Assembly: GCA_051382335.1 (NCBI GenBank)
Contig: JBBCAX010000132.1
Coordinates: 1-15,910 of the forward strand
DNA from: Deltaproteobacteria bacterium TL4
Lineage (GTDB): Bacteria > SAR324 > NAC60-12
Direction: 5' to 3'
Length of the DNA: 15,910 nucleotides
Numbering within the stretch: the first letter of the stretch is position 1; every line of letters begins with the position of its first letter. The notes beneath the pieces are model-generated. The model was not told the DNA's origin. It worked only from the letters and a program-made list of their open reading frames with translations, and did not search any database. Made by a program: the position numbers and the translations under genes. This document shows positions 7,494 through 14,936 of the stretch, piece after piece.

Positions 7494-7650
7494 AATTTTT
7501 CCTTTTTGGTTCTGGCTCTGCCAGCTTAGGGGTAGGTGAACGGTTACCTTTCATTTTGTATAAAATATTCGTGACAATAACATATTGAAATTGTAAGAAT
7601 AATAATATGTTAAATTTTTTGGGCCTTAGGGACTGATGTTCTGTGAAAAT

Positions 7651-7682
7651 ACTCATCACTCAAATCTCAGAACTCATCACTC
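7651..7682. repeat. Heptamer tandem repeat (STRR-like), about 4.5 copies
   Basis: ACTCATC ACTCAAA TCTCAGA ACTCATC ACTC; partial complement upstream at 7631-7645. Confidence 0.65.
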
Positions 7683-7740
7683 TTGAGGTAATCATAGGAG
7701 TTATTGGGGTCCACTCGTTACGTTCATTCCAGGAGGATTC

Positions 7741-8100
7741 ATGGTTAAATTAGGAAAATATCAAATTTCAACGTATAACATTACATGTGTCATTTTATTA
7801 ATTTGCAGTATTCCTTCCCCCAATATGTTTACGTCAAGCTGGGGCTTTGGTCTGATTTTTGGGATTTTTATTCCCTTCTTTATTCGTTTCATCAGGTTAA
7901 AAGTCAATCTGAGCAATCCTCATTTTTGGAATGTTCTGGCTCTTGGGCTTTTGATTTTGTTCATCATTACTGATATATTTGTGGTGAATAGCTGGTGGCT
8001 TGTACGGCAAGGCTTTGTAACAGGAGCATTACTTGCGCTAATCATGATCCTGGTGATGGACCATGTCCATTCTGATGAAGAAGATGAAGAGTTTGAGTAG
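7741..8100 (+). CDS. Small hypothetical integral membrane protein (about 4 TM) with an acidic C-terminal tail
   Basis: AGGAGG SD at 7731-7736; four hydrophobic segments; ends HSDEEDEEFE. Confidence 0.8.
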   Translation: MVKLGKYQISTYNITCVILLICSIPSPNMFTSSWGFGLIFGIFIPFFIRFIRLKVNLSNPHFWNVLALGLLILFIITDIFVVNSWWLVRQGFVTGALLALIMILVMDHVHSDEEDEEFE

Positions 8101-8115
8101 GAATTCTGAAAAGAA

Positions 8116-8733
8116 TCAAAACTCACACTCGGCTTCTATCACACAATGGAGACAGTCGGGTTTCCGTGCTTTACAAACATATCTTCCGTGCAGGATCAGT
8201 AAATGATGCGCTTCCTGCTTCCATTCAGAAGGAACGACCTGGAGTAGTTGGTTTTCGACCTCAAGAGGTGTTTTTCCTGAGGTGAGCCCTGTTCGGTTTG
8301 AAACCCGCAAGACATGCGTATCAACGGCGATAGTCGGTTCTCCAAAGGCTGTATTGAGCACGACATTGGCTGTTTTACGCCCCACACCCGCAAGTGCCTC
8401 AAGTTCTTCACGAGTGTGAGGAACCCTACTGTCATGGTGATCAATAAGCGATTGACACGTCTTTATAATATTCTTGGCCTTGGTTTTGGCCAGGCCTATC
8501 GTTTTAATATATTCCAGAATTCGCGCTTCTCCCGCCTCAACCATCGCTTGGGGATTGGGAAATTGTTTAAAAAGTTCAGGCGTCACTTTATTAACCGAAA
8601 CATCGGTTGCTTGCGCACTTAACATCACAGCAAGGAGCAGTTCAAAGGCATTGTGATGCTCCAGCTCTGTCTTAGGGGTAGGGGTGACGGATTTTAGTTT
8701 TTCAAACAACTGACCGACTGTCTCTGGCGTCAT
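8116..8733 (-). CDS. nth: Endonuclease III (HhH-GPD DNA glycosylase/AP lyase, 4Fe-4S)
   Basis: FELLLAVMLSAQATDVSVNKVT, HhH LAGVGRKTANVVL, IAVDTHVLRVSNR, C-X6-C-X2-C-X5-C; ATGA overlap with the aspartate kinase stop. Confidence 0.97.
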   Translation of the reverse strand: MTPETVGQLFEKLKSVTPTPKTELEHHNAFELLLAVMLSAQATDVSVNKVTPELFKQFPNPQAMVEAGEARILEYIKTIGLAKTKAKNIIKTCQSLIDHHDSRVPHTREELEALAGVGRKTANVVLNTAFGEPTIAVDTHVLRVSNRTGLTSGKTPLEVENQLLQVVPSEWKQEAHHLLILHGRYVCKARKPDCLHCVIEAECEF

Positions 8734-10133
8734 TGGACGTTCTCATTTTCTAAAAAAGCACTATGAATTGCTTGCATTGCAACCTTGGCATCTTCCTGTC
8801 TGATCACACAAGAAATATTAACCTCTGACGCTCCTTGAGTAATCATTTCAATATTGATGTGGTTTTTGGCCAAAGTATCAAACATTTTCCCTGCAATGCC
8901 AGGTACATATTTCATACCTTCTCCGACAAGACTTAAAATCGCACGATGAGGGACATGCCTGACTTCACCCAGTGTTTCCAAATCGGGTATCAGTTTATCC
9001 AATCGATCCGATTTGTCTACAGTACATGAGATATTGACTTCGGAAGTTGAAATCAGATCAATCACAATTCCATGTTTTTGAAAAGTATTAAAAACCTGAG
9101 CTAAAAAACCAGAGGAATGCAGCATCCGGTTGGAGTGGATATTCAAAACATGAATCTCGCTTTTGGTGGTTACGGCCACGGCTGTTTTTTTATGGGAGGA
9201 GACACCTTTATGAGAAGAGGATTCCGGTAAAATTACGGTTCCCGGTTTTTCGGGGGCAAACGTATTTTTGATCCGAATCGGAACCGAAGCATTGATGGTT
9301 TGTTCCATGGTGAAGGGGTGCATCACTTCTGAACCAAAATAGGTCAACTCGGCAGCTTCTACGGGGGAGATATATTCAAGAACCCGGGCATTGGGAACTT
9401 TTCTCGGATCCGCGGTATAGATCCCGTCGACTTCTTTCCAGATTTGCAATTCTTCAGCCTGCAGTTTGGCTGCAATCAGAGCTGCCGTCAAATCCGTGTA
9501 GCCTCTTCCGATACTATTGATGATGCCTCCTTGCACAAAACCAAAATAACCTGTAACGACGGGAAGATGGGAGATTGTTTTAAGCAGGGTATCCGCAATA
9601 TAAGTTTGTAAATTGGCATAAAACTGCGGATCGGTGACCCGGCTTTCATCAGGTATGATTTTAGAAAGATCGACGTACTCCGCAGAAATTCCACGGTCTC
9701 TGAGTACCCCTGATACCAAACGTGCGGAGAGACGCTCTCCGGTCCCGACAATAACATCATGGGAGCGTGTTGATATTTCTCCAATAACATGCAATGCTTC
9801 TAAAAAAGATTTCAAAGACAGTAACTCATTGTAAACAAACTCTCTGATTTCTTCTCTAAGGCCATGATTTTTGATGGCTGTTTCAACAACTTCAAAATGA
9901 GTTTCCCGAATGAGGTCAATGGGATGATTAAAATCACCATCAGAAAGAATCAATTCTCCAGCCTTGATTAACCGGCTGGTAGTACCCTCGGCTTTAGTCT
10001 CACTACTTAATGCTGAAACAACCGCAATGACATCATGCTGTTTCATGGTATTTTGTATGATATTCGCCACATTTAATAAGCGCTCCGCAGTTCCCAAACT
10101 GGTTCCGCCAAATTTTTTTACAATGAGTGTCAT
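8730..10133 (-). CDS. lysC: Aspartate kinase (monofunctional, two ACT domains; fungal Hom3-like)
   Basis: KKFGGTS, VVSA, GERLSA, GRGYTD, VDGIYTADPRKVP, EAAELTYFGSEVMHP, ACT motifs GFLAQVF / DLISTSEV / INIEMITQGASEVNISCVI. Confidence 0.95.
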   Translation of the reverse strand: MTLIVKKFGGTSLGTAERLLNVANIIQNTMKQHDVIAVVSALSSETKAEGTTSRLIKAGELILSDGDFNHPIDLIRETHFEVVETAIKNHGLREEIREFVYNELLSLKSFLEALHVIGEISTRSHDVIVGTGERLSARLVSGVLRDRGISAEYVDLSKIIPDESRVTDPQFYANLQTYIADTLLKTISHLPVVTGYFGFVQGGIINSIGRGYTDLTAALIAAKLQAEELQIWKEVDGIYTADPRKVPNARVLEYISPVEAAELTYFGSEVMHPFTMEQTINASVPIRIKNTFAPEKPGTVILPESSSHKGVSSHKKTAVAVTTKSEIHVLNIHSNRMLHSSGFLAQVFNTFQKHGIVIDLISTSEVNISCTVDKSDRLDKLIPDLETLGEVRHVPHRAILSLVGEGMKYVPGIAGKMFDTLAKNHINIEMITQGASEVNISCVIRQEDAKVAMQAIHSAFLENENVQ

Positions 10134-10184
10134 CCATTTTCTCCAAAAAAAGGATCAATAATATGCATATTTGATAAAACCTGT

Positions 10185-10212
10185 TTGCAATTCGAAAGCA
10201 TCCTTGTATCAT
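10185..10212 (+). promoter_or_regulatory. Candidate sigma70 promoter for coaE in the divergent lysC-coaE spacer
   Basis: TTGCAA-16 bp-TATCAT; perfect palindrome AATATGCATATT at 10160-10171 just upstream; pattern match only. Confidence 0.4.
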
Positions 10213-10254
10213 GAGTAAATAATTTTTGAAAGATTTCTGTATTGAGGAATTGCT

Positions 10255-10884
10255 ATGTTGACACATAATAAAACACCGCTGCATTTAATTGGATTGACAG
10301 GAGGTATCGGTTCTGGAAAAAGTAGTGTGGCAGAATACATAAAAAAGCAAGGGATTCCAGTAATCTATGCGGATCAGTTAGGTCATCGTGTTTTGGAAGC
10401 TGGACATGAAGGGTACTTTGACGTACTGAGGCAATTCGGCAAAGGTATTTTAAATGCGGATCAAACGATCAATCGTGCAAAATTGGGAGAAATTGTTTTT
10501 AACGATACCGAAAGACTCAAACAACTTAATGCGATTTCTCACCCGCTGATCGGAAAAATGCTGCAACACGAAGCCTCGGAACAGGCATTGCTTAGACAGG
10601 ATGGCCTTGTTTTTATAGAAGCCGCTTTATTAATTGAGGCGAATTGGAAACAAGCCTGTCAGCAAATATGGGTTGTGATGGCACATCCTGAGATGGTGAT
10701 CGCGCGTTTGAAACAACGCAACGGCTTTACAATGGATCAGATTAGAGCCCGCTTAAAAACTCAGCTAACTCATGAAGAGCGATTACATCATGCTGATGTG
10801 GTTATTGAAAATAACACAACCCTTGACGCACTCTATTGGCAAATTGATCACGCTCTTGATGATCTTATCAATAATATTCAATAA
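10255..10884 (+). CDS. coaE: Dephospho-CoA kinase
   Basis: IGLTGGIGSGKS P-loop, INRAKLGEIVF, LNAISHPLI, EAALLIEA, ARLKQRNG, ADVVIENN. Confidence 0.96.
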   Translation: MLTHNKTPLHLIGLTGGIGSGKSSVAEYIKKQGIPVIYADQLGHRVLEAGHEGYFDVLRQFGKGILNADQTINRAKLGEIVFNDTERLKQLNAISHPLIGKMLQHEASEQALLRQDGLVFIEAALLIEANWKQACQQIWVVMAHPEMVIARLKQRNGFTMDQIRARLKTQLTHEERLHHADVVIENNTTLDALYWQIDHALDDLINNIQ

Positions 10885-10896
10885 GTTTATAAAGTT

Positions 10897-11853
10897 ATGG
10901 CTCTTTCAACCCATATCATTGTCGATTCTGGAAATAATAAAGGGGTGCATTTTTTCTGGAGGCTCTGTGAAACGGAAATTCTTAAGCATCTGGCTCCTGT
11001 TACTGTTTCTGTAACCATGCCTGGAATGCCTGTCGCTCAATTAATACGAGAAGTAATTGAAGACGGATGGAAAAAAATCATCCTGATAGGCACGGTTCAG
11101 ACGATGAATGCGGGTATCCATGTTGTCATGCAATGCACCTCAGATTTAAGAGAAACCTTAGAACTCGGATTTTGGCCGTTAACTCCCGTGGAACTCAGTT
11201 CCGGGATTTGTTCTTCAGGGCAAATATTTGCGAAAGCGTTACAGGTGTTTAAAACAGGTCATGTTTATCCCCTTGACTTAGTCAAAGTAACCTATGATGC
11301 CAACCAGTTTCAGAGCTTGTATTTCTGGAAAGAATGTTACATCACCAGCCCTAGTCCGCCCACACCCTTCACACTTCGAATGGATGAACATTCTGAATGC
11401 GTTGAGCAGTCAAAACGCTATTGTGTTAAACTGCATCAGGGACGTTTACATTCGCTGCGCATGGATCCTGAGGAATTGAAACATTCTGATAAATTGCTTA
11501 TTCAGATTGCTCCCAATCCTCAACAATGGAATCTCGCAAGACGGTACTGGAACCGGTTCTTCTTGTTGGAACCGCATGACCTGATACTCACAGAGTCGTG
11601 TGGGACGCTAGAATGTTGGACAACGCAGTCCACACTGGAGTTGCGAATTTGTGAGCGTGTAGAACAAGTGCAAAAAGTAGCTTTGGAAATTCATAGAAAC
11701 GCATTGCCTCTGATCGTGCCCATGATGCCAGCACGTTTTAAAGAGCCTCAAAAAACCAGACTGGCCTTGAAATCAAATGGAGTCATTGTGACCAAAACCA
11801 CAGTAAGCAGACCTCCGCTTTCTTGTAACAAGAAAACAAAAGCTTCTGAGTAA
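10897..11853 (+). CDS. Diacylglycerol/sphingosine kinase-fold protein with degenerate catalytic motifs (probable pseudokinase)
   Basis: Colinear with the DAGK/YegS pattern by eye: IIVDSGNN (vs NPxSG), IILIGTVQT (vs GGDGT), LGFWPLTP (vs PxGTGN), ALQVFKTG-PLDLVKV, LYFW (vs YFxN), LEIHRNALPLIVP. Confidence 0.6.
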   Translation: MALSTHIIVDSGNNKGVHFFWRLCETEILKHLAPVTVSVTMPGMPVAQLIREVIEDGWKKIILIGTVQTMNAGIHVVMQCTSDLRETLELGFWPLTPVELSSGICSSGQIFAKALQVFKTGHVYPLDLVKVTYDANQFQSLYFWKECYITSPSPPTPFTLRMDEHSECVEQSKRYCVKLHQGRLHSLRMDPEELKHSDKLLIQIAPNPQQWNLARRYWNRFFLLEPHDLILTESCGTLECWTTQSTLELRICERVEQVQKVALEIHRNALPLIVPMMPARFKEPQKTRLALKSNGVIVTKTTVSRPPLSCNKKTKASE

Positions 11854-11988
11854 CCGCTATGAGGGTTTCCACTACCAATACAAAGATAACCATGTTTTCA
11901 TTTCGTCACCGCATTGTCAGAATGTTGGCAGGAGAACGACGTTCTTTCATTTAAATTGTACTGATCATCTTAAAATACGGAGCAGGCT

Positions 11989-13554
11989 ATGGCACTGATG
12001 GATAAGATTAAATCGCAAATATCCAGGATTGACCCCAAATTGATTGAGGAAGTTTCGAAACGAATTGAAATGTTACCTTATCTTAATGAAATCGAAAAAT
12101 TTATTAAATCCCTGCCTATCGTCAAAGGGCTTTTGGAAAAACAATATGAGGGATTGATGGGGGAGATGGGGCACTCGCTTAAACCTTATCGGAACATGGT
12201 AGAAACCTATACTCGTCTCCCAGAAAAGGGGAAATCTCGTGAGTCCATCTTAGAGGCTATGGAAAAATTAAAATTGGAAGAAGAATCCCGCTGGAAGGAG
12301 GGGTACGTTTCAGGAGCCGTTTATCATGGGGATGAGGGGCATATTGATTTTTTAAATAAAGTCTATGCCATCAATTCCCAGTGTAATCCTCTGCATTCCG
12401 ATTTATGGCCCAGTATTACGAAATATGAAGCGGAAATTGTTTCGATGACGGCGAATATGTTGGGAGCCGAAGACGCCAATAAGCATTCGGAACTTGGTGA
12501 GGAGATTTGTGGTGTCGTTTCTTCAGGGGGAACGGATAGTATCTTACTGGCAATGAAGGCTTATCGGGACTGGGCTTATGAGAAAAAAGGCATCACCGCT
12601 CCTGAAATGATCATTCCGGTTACCGCTCATGCCGCTTTTGATAAAGCGTCCAAGTATTTTAATATTAAATTAATCCGAATTCCCGTTGATGATGAGTATG
12701 CCGCCGATGTTGCTGCGGCAAAGAAGGCCCTCACCAAGAATACCATTGTCCTGGTTGGTTCCGCACCCAGTTTTCCTCATGGAATCATGGATCCGATTGA
12801 AGAGTTAGCACAGTTGGCGCAGAAACAGGGCATTGGTTTTCATACAGATGCGTGCTTGGGAGGGTTTCTCCTGCCATGGGCAAAAAAACTGGGGTATGAG
12901 GTTCCACCTTTTGATTTCCGAGTCCCTGGCGTAACCTCAATTTCTGCGGATACTCACAAATTTGGTTTTGCGTCAAAGGGCACATCGGTGATCCTGTACC
13001 GTGGGAATGAGTTGCGACACTATCAATACTACACCATTGCTGACTGGCCTGGAGGTATTTATTTTTCACCTACTTTTGCTGGCAGTCGTCCTGGTGCCTT
13101 AAGTGCAGCATGTTGGGCTGCGATGATTTCAGTTGGAGAGCAAGGGTATATGGAACATGCTAAAAAAATTCTGGAATCCGCGGAACAACTCAAGGAAGGA
13201 CTCAAGGCGATTCCTGAACTTTACATCCTGGGAAATCCTTTGTGGGTTGTTGCTTTTAATGCGAAGAAACTCAATATCTATAAAATCATGGACTTCATGA
13301 CCCAAAGAAAATGGAATTTAAATGGACTTCACCGTCCTTCATGCGTCCATCTTTGTGTCACCCTTCGTCATACTCAGCCTGGCGTGATCAAGCGGTTTTT
13401 GGATGATTTGAAAGATGCGGTAGACCATGTAAAAAAGCATCCTGAAGTTTCTGACGGTGTTGCTCCGATTTATGGGATGGCGGCCACAATCCCGGCAAAA
13501 GGGGTTGTGGGTGATATGTTAAAGCGCTATATGGATTTACTGTATAAAGCCTAA
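11989..13554 (+). CDS. Sphingosine-1-phosphate lyase (sphinganine-1-phosphate aldolase), PLP-dependent group II decarboxylase fold
   Basis: [61 protein letters not shown] (PLP Lys), [25 protein letters not shown]. Confidence 0.88.
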   Translation: MALMDKIKSQISRIDPKLIEEVSKRIEMLPYLNEIEKFIKSLPIVKGLLEKQYEGLMGEMGHSLKPYRNMVETYTRLPEKGKSRESILEAMEKLKLEEESRWKEGYVSGAVYHGDEGHIDFLNKVYAINSQCNPLHSDLWPSITKYEAEIVSMTANMLGAEDANKHSELGEEICGVVSSGGTDSILLAMKAYRDWAYEKKGITAPEMIIPVTAHAAFDKASKYFNIKLIRIPVDDEYAADVAAAKKALTKNTIVLVGSAPSFPHGIMDPIEELAQLAQKQGIGFHTDACLGGFLLPWAKKLGYEVPPFDFRVPGVTSISADTHKFGFASKGTSVILYRGNELRHYQYYTIADWPGGIYFSPTFAGSRPGALSAACWAAMISVGEQGYMEHAKKILESAEQLKEGLKAIPELYILGNPLWVVAFNAKKLNIYKIMDFMTQRKWNLNGLHRPSCVHLCVTLRHTQPGVIKRFLDDLKDAVDHVKKHPEVSDGVAPIYGMAATIPAKGVVGDMLKRYMDLLYKA

Positions 13555-13656
13555 AGAGGAAAGAGAGAGCGTGTGAACTATTAGACATCTTTCCTAAATA
13601 AAGCCTGGATTTTAGCGAGTTCACGGGTATCCTCCTCTTTTACAAAATTTTTTGAG

Positions 13657-13809
13657 CTGTGCAGGTACCTTTTTTTAACCACGAAAAACACTAAAAACAC
13701 GAAAGAAAACCTGCAAAATAGGGTTTCACGGAGGAATTCATTTATTAAAAAATCATTTATTTCGTGTTTTTCGTGTTTTTCGTGGTTAATTTTCAAACCA
13801 CCTGCACAG
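13657..13809. repeat. MITE-like palindromic element: 10-bp terminal IRs enclosing 30-bp arms of three 9-bp CACGAAAAA units
   Basis: CTGTGCAGGT(13657-13666)/ACCTGCACAG(13800-13809) is perfect; inner arms 13675-13704 and 13760-13789 match 29/30. Confidence 0.9.
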
Positions 13810-14241
13810 GTGGAAAATTACCAGCGAGAACGTATTGAACAGTTGGCGAAAAACTATCCTTAACAGGAGTGGAAATGGGTAAGTTATTTAATTCTCATTC
13901 CTATGAACGCTGGACGCAAAGTTATTCATGCTCAAGGACGTAATCTGAGTGTGGAAATACATCCATAAGCAGGTGGCCAATCTCACCCTTTCAGTGTTTT
14001 TACAGTCTGCTGAAATAATAGAGTTTAAAATTTCATTCAGAGGTATTGAGTCTGAGCCTGCGCCTTTCTCAAATTGAGGCATTATTGACTTGACCCATAA
14101 ATAATATGGTTGTATCAGTGTGCATATTCAGTAATACTTTTTTGATGTTGTTTGAATGGGGGTTGGGTAGGGATCGTCTGTGGCTTCGGCTTTTGAAATG
14201 AACGATCAAACATTTGAGATTGTATAGCGAAATGAGGATCC

Positions 14242-14493
14242 ATGTACAGACTTTCAATTACTGTCCCAAAGGATGTTGCCAATCGATTCCATGAGAAGGT
14301 CAAACGGGGCGAGCGTTCTCAATTCATCAGCAAGGCCATTCTGACGGCCTTGGAAATGCAGGACCGTTTTGAGGCGTTAGAAGCATTAAACAACTTCAAA
14401 ACCTTTAAAGTGGAGGATGATTCGGTAGAAGTCTTGAGAAGCATCCGTAACAACAGTTTTAAAGATTTGATCCGCGAAACCGAGAAAAAATGA
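14242..14493 (+). CDS. Putative antitoxin (ribbon-helix-helix/CopG-like)
   Basis: N-terminal RLSITVPKDV strand then ERSQFISKAI helix; GAGGA SD; ATGA overlap with the PIN gene. Confidence 0.8.
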   Translation: MYRLSITVPKDVANRFHEKVKRGERSQFISKAILTALEMQDRFEALEALNNFKTFKVEDDSVEVLRSIRNNSFKDLIRETEKK

Positions 14494-14936
14494 AAGAAAC
14501 GTTTGTGGTGGATTCTTCACTATTCAACAAGCTGTATCTGAACGAGCAGGACCGGGACAAGGCCGTGGCTTTGTTTCAGGAGGCGGCCCTTCACCATATT
14601 CTGTTGGTGGCCTCCACCTTGTTGTTTTATGAAGTCATGGCAACGGCCCAAGCCTTCAAGCTGTCTGTAGAAAAGATAGTTCAGCTTTTGAACAAACAAA
14701 AAGCCATCATGCCATTGATTGAACCTACCATGGCGCATGTGCACAAAGGCGTTGAAATCGTGAAAAAAACGATTTGCGATCAGATGGAACTTTCCATTTA
14801 TGAAGTAATCCCCCACGCGATCGCGCTAGTTGAGAACTACACCTTTGTCACCGCGGACAAGCAGTACTTTGCCAGAACCCAACACTTTGAGAACATTGTT
14901 TTAATTGAAAGTCTTAGTTTTAGGGGGAGTGAATGA
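14490..14936 (+). CDS. vapC: PIN-domain VapC family toxin
   Basis: FVVDSS, LLFYEV, SIYEVIPHAIA, FVTAD; size and position directly behind the RHH gene. Confidence 0.85.
   Translation: MKETFVVDSSLFNKLYLNEQDRDKAVALFQEAALHHILLVASTLLFYEVMATAQAFKLSVEKIVQLLNKQKAIMPLIEPTMAHVHKGVEIVKKTICDQMELSIYEVIPHAIALVENYTFVTADKQYFARTQHFENIVLIESLSFRGSE

Noticed and set aside
7370..7530. Integron attC site interpretation of the palindromes
   Set aside because: No RYYYAAC...GTTRRRY box pair with the expected extrahelical bases, no cassette array and no integrase.
7423..7659. 78-aa minus-strand ORF
   Set aside because: Its HRDTEAQR segment is translation of the palindromic repeat; no SD or family motifs.
13581..13796. 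71-aa minus-strand ORF with HEKHEKHE
   Set aside because: Translation of the 9-bp repeat arm; not credible as a gene.
14085..14118. Promoter for the TA operon (TTGACT/TTGACC)
   Set aside because: No convincing -10 at 16-18 bp spacing.
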